A DNA stretch of 63,908 nucleotides, the filler included, from Reticulomyxa filosa (taxonomy: Eukaryota; Protista; Foraminifera): assembly GCA_000512085.1 (NCBI GenBank). It is 26 parts of 26 records of this genome, joined end to end, with 100 filler letters (N's around TTAATTAATTAA, not from the genome) between each part and the next. Parts side by side here need not be neighbours in the genome. Positions count along the whole stretch, not along the records: positions 37,554 to 38,823 come from ASPP01032926.1; positions 38,924 to 42,243 come from ASPP01028353.1; positions 42,344 to 43,429 come from ASPP01044157.1; positions 43,530 to 44,749 come from ASPP01003746.1; positions 44,850 to 46,684 come from ASPP01010072.1; positions 46,785 to 47,833 come from ASPP01003689.1; positions 47,934 to 49,402 come from ASPP01018935.1; 19 more parts are not named here. One strand, given 5' to 3'. Below, one piece after another: positions 37,701 through 49,085 of the stretch (position 1 is its first letter; every line of letters begins with the position of its first letter). The position numbers and the translations under genes are program-made. The notes under the pieces are model-generated. The model searched no databases. It was not told where the DNA came from and saw only the letters and a list, made by a program, of their open reading frames with translations.

Positions 37701-38823
37701 TTACAATTGCAGCGCAGATCCCAAGTTTTCAATGAGGTCAGATATGCAAGTGAAATAACCACGTCCCCATATACAATCAAAATAAGTAACGTCATTGACA
37801 CTGCTATCGTCGGTTGCATGAGATTCCATCAGCCCAGCTACCCTCCAATCAGCACACTTTTTGAAAAGTCCAATGAAACGAACCACTCCAGTCTTTCCAC
37901 GCTCGATTATCAATTTCTGACATCACCAACAACGATTTTGTGATTTTTTTTTTATTTTTTTTTTGTCTTGACACATCATCACGGAGATGCTTTCTGGCCG
38001 AACAAAGAATCGCGACCTTTGCCGCTGTAAAGTACTTCTCGTTGTTTACATTGCCATCGTGAGCATTGTAATGCCAATTGTTCAGATGCAATCAGATCCA
38101 TTTGTTATCCGAAAAGTCTGTTTTGCCGTGAAAGCTGACCAATCCGTATCCCTCCTTTGATTTGAACACGCCGTTCGACTTCGACTTTGATGCAATTTTT
38201 ATTTTTGGACTTTCGCTTCTCAGTGGTCGCCTTCTTTTCAGTTCGACTTCTAAGGGCCCCTCCAAAATCTTTTCCATGACTTTTTCGACGGGACAAACTA
38301 GACATATCAAAGTACTTTTCTCCGCGTACGTTGCTGTTGTGTCCGTTCGGACTCCGCTCGTCGAGGATCAAATCCGCCATTTCTTGATACGAAAACTTGA
38401 CTTTGCCAATGAATCCACTTTTTCTTTGTGCAATCACTTGTGATCACGTTATCTTGCTCTTCAAAGCGCGTACCCAAATTGGCCACGTAAAGTTTTCAAA
38501 GTCCATACATCCTTGCTTCAAAACGTCGTCACGCTACTATCGCCGATTATGTTTTTCAAAGACATATATGACTCTTTTCGAATAAAATAGCTTTTTTTAG
38601 GGCTAGTATTGAAGTGTCCATTGCTTGTCGTTTTTCACATTCTTTTGTTTGGTCATCATTTTGGTCTCATCGTACAACGTCTTCCCATACTCAAAGAGGG
38701 TCAACAAGCTTCTTCCTTCAGGTGCCACAAAGTATTGCGTGCCATCTACAGTTCCGTTGCGACTATTGGGCGGTCAATTATCCGACAAAATGCAAAACTT
38801 TCTCAGTCGTCAAAGCTGACCGA
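37701..38823 (-). pseudogene. Tandem (at least 4) CAP-Gly repeat protein, pseudogene
   Basis: NSRNGTVDGTQYFVAPEGR; GFIGKVKF...LILDERSPNGHNSNVRGEKYF; GLVSFHGKTDFSDNKWI*LHLNNWHYNAHDGNVNNEKYF; GKTGVVRFIG...DSSVNDVTYFDCIWGRGYF. Stops and frameshifts throughout. Confidence 0.8.
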
Positions 38824-38976
38824 NNNNNNNNNNNNNNNNNNNNNNNNNNNNNNNNNNNNNNNNNNNNTTAATTAATTAANNNNNNNNNNNNNNNNNNNNN
38901 NNNNNNNNNNNNNNNNNNNNNNNGCTGTCTTAACAGCGGCTGGCGGGTGGAGGGCTCCTATTTTGTGTGGGGAGCA

Positions 38977-39034
38977 AAAAATAAAAAATTATAATGGCGT
39001 CACTGAAGTGACCCCATTATAATTTTTTATTTTT
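38977..39034. repeat. 27-bp inverted repeat (hairpin) with 4-nt loop
   Basis: aaaaataaaaaattataatggcgtcac-tgaa-gtgaccccattataattttttattttt; one mismatch. Confidence 0.9.
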
Positions 39035-39573
39035 ATATTTTTTGTTTATTTTTTTTTTTTTTAAATTTACTTTGTCTTTTTAGAATTTTTGATTTTTTTT
39101 TATATTTACAATTATGTATTAATTTGTTTCATAAAAAAAAAGTGTCAATGTGTTTTCAAATATTTACAACTTTGTTTTTTTATTAGGTTTGAATGTAATT
39201 ATTTGTTTAATAAAATATTTTTTCATATTATTTTAAAAACAATATATTGTTAATATTTTTAAAAATGAAGATTTTTCAATTTTTTTGAAAACTTTTTTTA
39301 TTGTTTAAATAAAAAAATTATAACTATATTTGAAAACCACATTTGTAAATATTTTTAAAGAAAATTTTGGTTAAATGTTGTTTTTTCATGGAGAAAATCA
39401 ATAATTTTTATAATTACATATTTAGGTGTACACAATATTTGTTTTACATAAAATAAATTTTTCAAAATATTTTGTTTGTGACACTAATGAAGTTTGTATG
39501 CACTGCGTTTTTTTTTTCAAAACTAGCAAGGCTTCTTTTTACACAAAAACTAAAACAAACTAATAAATCAAAA

Positions 39574-40433
39574 ATGACTTCAGAACTTCGTTTGACTAAG
39601 TTACTTACTCATCTAAGCCCTACTGCTACTAGTGTCTTACTGCCACAAAAGACAAGTAAGAGCGAAGAAAGTAAGAAAAAGAAAGTAGCAGTGATAGCAG
39701 GTGTTGGTGATGGATTAGGAATTTCATTAGTGAAGAAATTTGTATCAAATGGTTTTACGTGTGTGGCATTACGACGTGACAATGAAAAGTTACAACAATT
39801 ATTAGATTCAAATTTTCCTGATTTAAATAAGGATGATGATAAGAAAGTGATAGGAATAGCATGTGATGTGCGTAATGAAACAGCAATTGAAGAAACAATT
39901 ACTAAAATTGAAAAAGAAATTGGTGCTATTGAAATTGCTGTATATAATCCAGGTGTAAATGTAAGATTTCCATTTATGAAAACAACATCACGAGTATTTC
40001 GAAAAGTATGGGAAATCAATGCATTAGGAGGATTTTTATTTAGTAAAATAGTTTAAAATATATGATTGAAAGAAAAAGAGGTTGCTTATTATTTACTGGT
40101 GCAACTGCAAGTATTCGAGGTAGACAAGGTTTTTCTGCATTTAGTAGTAGCAAATTTGCTTTGCGCTCATTGGCACAAGTATTAGCTAAAGAAATGGCTG
40201 AACATAATATTCATGTAGCCCATATCATTGTTGATGGACCTATTGATGGATCTAATGTTCGCACTTTTTTCAAAAACAGTTCATCCCAAATTCAAACTTC
40301 TGTTATTGATTCCATGAAATCAACTATGATGCATCCTGATCATCTTGCTGATGCGTATTGGTATTTGTACAGTCAACCAAATGATGCGTGGACTTTTGAA
40401 ATCGATATAAGACATTTCCGTGAACAATGGTAA
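39574..40433 (+). CDS. Short-chain dehydrogenase/reductase (bacterial-type classical SDR, FxxxK subgroup) with N-terminal PTS2; 1-nt frameshift at ~40053
   Basis: AVIAGVGDGLG, IACDV, YNPG, FTGATASIRG, AFSSSKFALRSLAQ, HVAHIIVDG, WTFEIDIR. gtt-ta-aaa-tat-atg needs one more T to join the two ORFs. No introns. Confidence 0.9.
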
Positions 40434-40727
40434 TTCGTTCAACTACTTTCTTTTTTTTTTCTCCCATTATACGGGCATACAAAAGTAAGTATAATTCAAT
40501 TGTTTGCTACTCTCATATCTTTCAATTTACATTTAGTAAGTTTAAACAATTTTCATATTTCCACACCATTTTATCTGCCACCACTTTTGCCTTCAAAAGT
40601 GGTCAATTCTTTTTTTTTTACAAAGGGCTGTTTTCTAATCGTAGACTTGTAAATCCTGTAGTAAACTTTAAGGGACGAAAAAAAAACATTCAAAGTACTG
40701 CACATCGTCGGTCAAAAAAATAAGAAA

Positions 40728-42243
40728 ATGCAGTCCCAACCAACAAAAACATATCAATTTTTTTTGTTGGTTACATTATGTGGCGTTTCTTCGGCAATTG
40801 GTTAAGTTTTCGTAAAAGTCTTGTCTCGCTACACAAAAAAAATACTGTACAATATATGTGCGTACAACAGACTCATGGAATTGTGGAAGTGGTTCGAGAT
40901 TTAATATAACAACATCGACGACAACAGCGGAAACTCAAAATTGGTATATGTTTGATCCTTGGTGTAATTATTTGGTAAACTTTACAATACATGATGGAAA
41001 TTTGGCTTGGTATCGATTTAATTCTACCCCTCCAACATTATTATGGGAATCTACAGCAGCACCAAAAGCTTCGTATCAATCGTCTACTGCTCCATATTCG
41101 TTTACGATAGAAATAGGATCACCGACAGTTGAACCACAATTTAAAATTTTGGATAATGCGCAAAATGTAGTATTTTCTGATAAGCAAGATACTGGAATGA
41201 CTCCTGTACATTATCTTAATGCACCATCACCATGTATGAAAAGATTTTGCATGCAGATATCATTTATTACTTTTATATATGTATATGTACATATATACGT
41301 ATACATATATATATATAATGTATACGTATTTTTTTAAACAAAAAAAAAAAAAAAAAGATCCAACACCAGTAATACTTCGAGTGACTACAAACGGCATATT
41401 TAGTTTTCAAGATACTATTACACCATCATCAGCAAGAGACCTTTGGAGAGTAACACGACCTTTAGCAGCCAATGGATTAACATCAAGAGATCCAACTGTT
41501 TTTCCAACAATGCCAACAGGTTATAATTTTTTTTTTAAAAAAAAACATAAATAAAAAAAGAAAAGTTGTTCAGTCTCAAATATTTTTGTTTTTGTTTTTG
41601 AAATAGCGCCTATTGCAAAAAAAAAAAAAAAAACAACTTGTTTTTGTAATAAAAAAACTTTGAATAGCCGTTCCAACACGTCAACCAACAACGAAAGTAC
41701 CAACGACAAGAAAGCCAACAAAAAGACCGACAGGTTATCCCTCTCCACGACCTACGCGTTCTCCAACTCAATCACCAACAAGACACCCAACGAGATATCC
41801 AACTCAGCCACCAACAAGACATCCAACGAGACATCCAACTCAACCACCAACAAGACATCCAACAAGATATCCAACGAAACATCCAACGAGACAGCCAAGT
41901 CAACCACCAACAAGACATCCCACTCGATCTCCTTCACGACATCCAACAAGACATCCAACTCAATCACCAACAAGACATCCAACAAGACATCCAACGGAAC
42001 ATCCAACAAGACATCCTACTCGATCTCCTTCACGACACCCAACAAGACATCCAACTCAATCACCAACAAGACATCCAACAAGACATCCAACGGAACATCC
42101 AACGAGACAACCAAGTCAATCACCAACATTGATTCCAACAAAAGTACCAACGACAACGAAAAAACCAACGACAAAAAAGCCAACAAAAAGACCTACAAAT
42201 TATCCCTCTCCACGACCTACGCGTTCTCCAACTCAATCACCAA
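40728..42243 (+). CDS. Secreted/surface protein: signal peptide, bulb-lectin-like domain, Pro/Thr (PTRHPT) repeat stalk; 3'-partial
   Basis: MQSQPTKTYQFFLLVTLCGVSSAI|DSWNCGSG...HDGNLAWY...LLWES. The last exon reads VPTRQPTTKVPTTRKPT...PTRHPTRYPTQPPTRHPT. GT-AG introns, the first at 40801-40870. Confidence 0.75.
41690..42243 (+). repeat. 12-bp coding tandem repeat (ccaacaagacat) encoding PTxx
   Basis: Repeated ccaacaagacat / ccaacgagacat / ccaactcaatca units with higher-order duplications. Confidence 0.9.
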
Positions 42244-42343
42244 NNNNNNNNNNNNNNNNNNNNNNNNNNNNNNNNNNNNNNNNNNNNTTAATTAATTAAN
42301 NNNNNNNNNNNNNNNNNNNNNNNNNNNNNNNNNNNNNNNNNNN

Positions 42344-43429
42344 GAGAAAGCAATGCGTTTCGCAAAATATGGGATGAAGTTAAGCAGCCTTGCGAAGGAG
42401 ACTTGAAAGCAGTTATGGAACAATATGTGACGCAGGCGAAGGAGAAATGGAAGGCCTTGGCTATTTCCGTACATAAAAAGTCTCTCGTCCTTGATCAATT
42501 AACATGGTTTATGGAAACGGATTTGGCCATCGAAACCAGTCTTCTTTTTGCTGACGTTGATAAATTTGAAATTGATACAGCGAAGCGAGATGAAATCGTC
42601 AGCAATCTTCAGTATACGATCGTCAAGGTTTCAAAATTGAGAGAACTGATAGTTCCTTGGAAAAAAATGATCGAAACTATCGACATTGTCAAAGCATTGC
42701 ACAAGCATTCAAAAAATATCGCATTGAACCGCAATTGGAACAAGTTTATCGCTGCATTTAATAAAATTTGTCCCTTGTTTCTTAATGAGTGTAAACTACC
42801 GGGAAGCAAGTTGGTGGAGTTAGTGTCGATTGAAGAGGCGATTCAATGCTTTGACATTTGTTGGGAATGCTTTCAGAAGAAAGCGTCAAATTGTATTGAA
42901 TTTCTGGATTTGTGTATCAAGAACCAGCCAAAAATCGCCGAATTGGCCAATAATGAAAACCTGTGTGATCCTGAGCATTTCGAAAACACGATGGAGACAT
43001 TGGACAATTGTAGAGATATGAAATTCCAAGGATTGGTAAGTGCATTACGTGTGGCTTGCATCAATTTTCGTACCAAGATTTGGGACGTGCATTTTCAATC
43101 GATGACTGATCTGGCCAATGCTATTCTCGCTCTGCCAAGCAGTCACGACGAGTTTGTAGCCAAATTCAGCACGTGTTGTAATGAAGATCTGAGTCGCATT
43201 TCTTTTTATGTTGAAGAGGCTGGGAAGCTGCAAAATCAACAAAGCTTTGACTTGGTGCATGATGCAATGGAGAGGGGGTATTGGACCTTTGCCACACGTG
43301 AACAAATTTTAGGCTTTCACACACACGAATCGAATCGAACGCATAAGCAATTGGAAACTGAGGCACTTTTGTTGCATGTAGATGATATAAATGGAAATAA
43401 CACGACAATGGATTATGAGAAACTGGAGC
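42344..43429 (+). CDS. Internal fragment of a large protein, RNF213/mysterin-like stalk region preceding the AAA core
   Basis: Open across the contig. QQSFDLVHDAMERGYWTF...LLLHVD...TMDYEKLE resembles the RNF213 segment SSL.LA.AIN.RG.Y.I...L.L...YSLEEL. Recalled similarity only. Confidence 0.5.
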
Positions 43430-44899
43430 NNNNNNNNNNNNNNNNNNNNNNNNNNNNNNNNNNNNNNNNNNNNTTAATTAATTAANNNNNNNNNNNNNNN
43501 NNNNNNNNNNNNNNNNNNNNNNNNNNNNNCAATCCCAATGTGTTGATCTGCATTTTTTATTATTTGCAAGGTGTATGTTATTTAATATATATATGCACAT
43601 TATATATTCATATATATAAGTATACACAAAATTTGATCAATTCTGCAGAACATTGACCTAATGATGTTTAGAGGGACTTTGTGCGAGTGATCTTGGATTC
43701 TTCATATATGAAGATGTTTCATTTGTTTTCGACTCTTTTTCTTGTTTTTGAGTCAGAAGAATAGCTTTGTATGGTGGTGACTATAGCATCCTCTGCGCGT
43801 TTGAGCATCGACTCTCGTGGAAACAGTATACCTGCCAAATCGTCTTTGATGGAAAAGCAATCAAACAATCGCAATAGTACTTGTTCATATACTTCCTTTT
43901 GGCAATTTGTGTATAGCAGCTCAATATTCTTGGTTATCTTCTTTCGACCTTGTTTTCTTCCTTTTTCATGATGCCCTTTCGTTGCTTTTGCATCCTTTCA
44001 GCACTTATCTATTGTGACTATAATCTGCAAATTTCAAATACTTGTTTTTACGGCAGCAATGATATCGAACAAAAATTTCAATTTATTTTTTATCAATTGA
44101 TACACAATATCAATGACTCCAAATGTGTCTTCCCATTTCACACGTGCACCCACTGATTCTTGTTTTGTTAATGCTTCCACTTGTGCGTCCGTCTTCTCAT
44201 CATTCACTTCATTCGTTTTAATTGCTTGTACTTCTACTTTAACATGATTGCTACATTTTTATCTTTTTGGAGTTGCTCCAATTCCGTCAATTGGAGTGAT
44301 GACACTTTATCTTTATCACTTTCTTCCCCAGACGATCTTCATTCTACGTTTTGGCTGCTAAGATATTTTCGGAAGAGCTTTGTCGATTTGTTATTTTTGG
44401 ATACTGGATTTGCAGTGTCAATCCATTTGGGTTATTTCATTCTCCAGCTCCGTCCATTTCTTCATCATCTCCCTTTTTTCTTTTTTTCAAAAAAAAAATT
44501 TATTATTTTTAACTGAACTATGTCATTCAAAAAGAACTTGTTCTTGCAACCCGTTGTATGTTGCGCCGTTCGAGTATTTGATCTTCTATTTTATGGTAGT
44601 TGAATGTAGCTTACCTCCCAGAATTGTCTCATCCTGCCAACTTGTTGCGGTTGCTGTTGTTGTTCTTTTGTCCCTCCATTACGTTACCACTGGTTCCGCA
44701 AGTGCAGCCGTCAGTACATGTGGCCCAGTAGTATGTACATGTGCTTCTGNNNNNNNNNNNNNNNNNNNNNNNNNNNNNNNNNNNNNNNNNNNNTTAATTA
44801 ATTAANNNNNNNNNNNNNNNNNNNNNNNNNNNNNNNNNNNNNNNNNNNNTATATGTATATGTATATGTATATGTTATATAATATTTTCTATTGTAACAA

Positions 44900-46590
44900 T
44901 TGAAAAAACATTAGCCTCGAGTCCCTGTGACCAATGCAGTGGCCTTATCGCTGTCAATGTCATTGAAAAATGGTAATGCCACGTCAGTGGACGCTCTTGA
45001 AAAGAAGTGCACGTTGGACAACAGCTGGGACTTGGACATTTCATCATTGAGTGCGCAAGTGTGTCCAGTGCAGCAAATCGACGCTCCGAAATTGGCGATG
45101 GGAGGAACAGCGTCGATACACACGATAATAAACAAGTCACGGTTCAAGTGCTTTGTGAAGCAAACGTCGGTGAGTTCGTTGGACCGAAAGCTAATTCGAT
45201 CCGCGACATTGACTTGCGACGGACAATTAAAAAGCTTGGAGTTTTATCTGTCATTCATTGACTTGCACATATTCCGAAACATGTTGAAGAACTTTCGAGA
45301 GACCTTTACTCCAAGTAAAAACGAGCCATTGAAAGTCAGAATTGCTCGACTGGTGCCCGAGGAAATGGATCTGAAAAACCTGTTCGACCGATTGAAGGGG
45401 AATCAAGTACCGAGAGGAGCTATGCTTCGAAGCGCTGATGCACTCGCCCACCGATTATCACATCGCAAAGGAGTATTGCAAAAACAATGAGCTCTCATTC
45501 GACGTCCGATGGGACCGAGGGGAAATACGGAAAGTCACCGATCTGCTGCCTTGCTGGATGTATCACAACTATCGCGAGCTGTCGCAAAACAAGAATGCAA
45601 ACGAAGGCGACATCATTCGAGCGCTTTTGCTTGGAGACAACGACATTGATATTGCGTCGAGGGTTATCGAAAAAATTGAGTTCAACAGAGCACACTCCAG
45701 ATCTCAAAGTAGTATTTCGCTTTCCGACATCAAAGTCGAAGAGGCGCTGCTTTTCGGGGAGGAAAAGTACGAACACGAGGTGGTCTTACTGCCGTCGCCG
45801 AACAAGGCCAGTGGCGCGGTCAACTTCAAAGAAAGCTTTGACGAAGAAAAGCTTGCCCATCTCGATGTCAAATACGACGATGATGAAAAGTATCAAAAAG
45901 AGTCGCCTTTGAACGATACCTTGAGTGCGGAACCCGTTCAAAGTCCTCACGAAGTTTTGTCTCGAGTCAAATCCACTGCTGTCATTCGAGAAGATTCGTT
46001 GAAGGTTAAAAAAAAGTATTTGGACGAAGAAGAATCTACTCGATTTTTTACGGCTCAGGTTTTATATACATTTATATACATATATATTTATATATATGTA
46101 TATAAATGTATATGTATTTATTTATTTATTTATGACAATCTTTGAATGGCGGCAATAGACGTCAATCGCACCATCACATTTTCGGCGCACAAGATAGCAT
46201 TGTCCGTGATCAACGATGTTGTCAATACCTCGGCAATGCCATTCTTCAGCATCAAGTCCACAGAGATAAAACTGGCAGTGAAGCAATACGATGCCGGAAT
46301 TGACGGAAACTTGGACATGGTATTGATGTCCAACTATTACAATCCAATCGTAGTAACGATGGAGCCTTTGCTGGAAAGAACCAAACTCGCAGTCAAGTTG
46401 GATTCCTTGCTCTCCTTGCAATCACGCGGTCGAAATTCCAATTACACTGCTCGTGTATTGTTGCAAGGGCTACCCGCGTCGGACGATGAAAAAGAGCCGG
46501 GCACTGTCAATTTTAACGTTACTCACATTTTCTTGAAAACGGCCATGGATACATTATATGCTTTGCCGAGATTTGCGTCGACAAGCAAGT
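44900..46590 (+). CDS. VPS13: VPS13-family lipid transfer protein, internal fragment with two UBA-like motifs; 1-nt frameshift at ~45431
   Basis: LEFYLSFIDLHIF; IALSVINDVVNTSAMPFF; LMSNYYNPIVVTMEPLLER (VPS13 YYN...WEPLIE motif); VNFNVTHIFL. Confidence 0.8.
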
Positions 46591-46784
46591 TAGTGTGTTT
46601 GTTTCTTTTGATTGTGTTGATTTTTATACTAACAAAGTAACAAAGAATAGTATCATCCATCCAATTTGAAAAAAAAAAAAAAAANNNNNNNNNNNNNNNN
46701 NNNNNNNNNNNNNNNNNNNNNNNNNNNNTTAATTAATTAANNNNNNNNNNNNNNNNNNNNNNNNNNNNNNNNNNNNNNNNNNNN

Positions 46785-47833
46785 TTTTTTTATTTATTCT
46801 TTTCTACTGTCAAATTTCCAATTGTTCAAGTATCTCCTCAGAATAATGAATTTGAATTTGGAAAAGAGGCGCAATATGTCATCAAATGGCTGCAAGAATT
46901 TTTTAATGGAAATTTGAAGTTTTTTCAAATGATCTTTGTTTTACATTTTTCCTACCAAAAAAAAATAAAACAAGAGATGCAATACATATATCCTTGTGTG
47001 TATTTTCAAGATGTTCTGAAGAAAAACAACAAGATATTAATCCTGATACAATGCCCGATCTTGAAAAAGCTACAATGAAACAACATATGGAAAGGCATTT
47101 TGGTAAAATAGCCAAATTAAAGCCAATCCATCAATGCTTTTTTTTAAAATATTTATATCAGCAACTTAGACCTTTGACACAACCAAAATTAAAAAAGAAG
47201 TTTTTGGAAATAGCTGCTAAATCCATTAAATGGAGACATAAGATTACCAAGTCTGTGATTGAAATGGGCAAAATATCGTGCTTTCCTCAATATAATTGCA
47301 TAAAACTGAATGCAGAAGAAAAAGAACAAAAAATTGAAAGTAGTGGACAAGAAAAGTTTTATTTGTGTGAGAAATGGTGCAAATGCGAAAAATGTAGCTA
47401 CTTGGTTAATCAAGATGGAGGTTAATTGTCTATTTGTTTATGTGTTTATGTATTAGAAAAGTCTTTTTAAATGTCAATTGTTGTTTTTTCATAGAAGGCA
47501 TTTCGATTTTGATTAATGACAAAAAAAACCCGAATAAAAAGCAATTGGATGAATTCCAAAAGTCAAATTTTGATCTATTCGATTGGCAACAAGACTTAAA
47601 AGAAAGAGAATTGGCCTTGACCGTTTTGAATTTTTTTTGGTTTTATTTTGTTTGAGTGTTATGTTTTCACATTTCCAATGACATAAAAAAAATCCAAAAA
47701 AAAGGAATTGAAGACGGAAGAAACAGAGCTACGAACTGAAAAAGAAAAACGATTGAGATTACTGTTTCGCATTTTGGGAATCACAGTAATTCACGATCAA
47801 ATTGTGAACAAATTACGCGATGATAAGGAATTG
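46785..47833 (+). CDS. Hypothetical protein, internal exons
   Basis: Coding exon 47011-47420 and shorter exons, with AG/GT boundaries. Confidence 0.5.
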
Positions 47834-47933
47834 NNNNNNNNNNNNNNNNNNNNNNNNNNNNNNNNNNNNNNNNNNNNTTAATTAATTAANNNNNNNNNNN
47901 NNNNNNNNNNNNNNNNNNNNNNNNNNNNNNNNN

Positions 47934-49085
47934 GAAAATGAAAAAAACTGTCTTCTTATAAAAATGTATGCAAAAACAACAACAAGAGGAACAAGGACGC
48001 GCACAGTGTCTAATGAATGCCATTTGCCGCTGAGTGCAAATGACCAAGTGGCAAAGGCCGGATTTAAAGCAAGATAAGGAGTTCGATCCGTGAGATAATA
48101 CAAAAGTAGGTCTTTAAATGTTGCTTCAATCCATACAGGATCAAACACTACCCTTACCACAGGAAATCCGACATATTTTTTCCTCTTTTTTTTTTATTTA
48201 TTTATTTTATTATTATTATTGATATTACCATTAAACAAAACAAAAAAAGAAAATTTTGACTTCTTAAAAAAAAAAAAAAAGACCCTTCTACAACAACAAC
48301 AAAAAATACCCATGGATCAATCCAAGTGATGGCAATGTCCCAAACAAGCCAACGACAGAAATGAAGAACGATGAGCCAAAACAAAGTAGTGTAAAGCATA
48401 TCGGGACTAACATTCCCTGGTGTGTCTACTTTCAGCTCAGAAAGCAATTTGCTGTTTCCACCTAATGTCAATTGCAATATATTTATTATTACCACATACG
48501 CACCACATATACTCAACCAACTGGCAATCCACATCAATATTATTATGAACACATTTGTCAGACCTTTTTATTTTTTATTTGTTTGATTTTAAAAAAAATA
48601 TACATGTCTTTTAAATCAAAATATGGAAACTTTTTTGGTTTGCATTTCGTCGAGTAACCAAAAGATTCCAAACAAAGTAGTCAGGTGTTCGAAAACCCCG
48701 AAATAATTCCAACTCATAGCCTAACGGCACCTGCTGAATCCATAATGGAATCAAGTAAATATCACTGTGGTAACGGAGCCACGGTCGGAGTATTTCTGGT
48801 GTGTAGTTGTGTTCGTGAATTAAAAATGTTATGGATGACAAAATCAGTGTCGTTGTTGCGTCTTGAACACCTCCTATTATCTCTGTTCCAAACTTTACTT
48901 CTTTCCAAGCTGACCACAATTTAGCCCATATATTTGTTGCTTTCTCTCTTTCTGAGATATCAGCATTTGATGTATCTCCCTTTTTTTTAGCTGATTTCCT
49001 CTCTCTTGCAGTGGTATGTTGCATTGAGGAAATCTTTTTTAAGATTTCCTCCCCCCTTTCATTTCCGGCGACCTTTTGCAGTCTC
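47934..49085 (-). CDS. Multi-pass membrane protein, exons of unknown family
   Basis: Three ORFs with TM segments (FIIILMWIASWLSICGAYVVII; LFWLIVLHFCRWLVWDIAITW; VLVPLVVVFAYIF) separated by intron-like tracts. Confidence 0.6.

Noticed and set aside
41660-42295. ORF-track N/T/S/K-rich 211-aa protein
   Set aside because: Wrong frame of the 12-bp repeat. The phase-consistent spliced frame encodes PTRHPT repeats.
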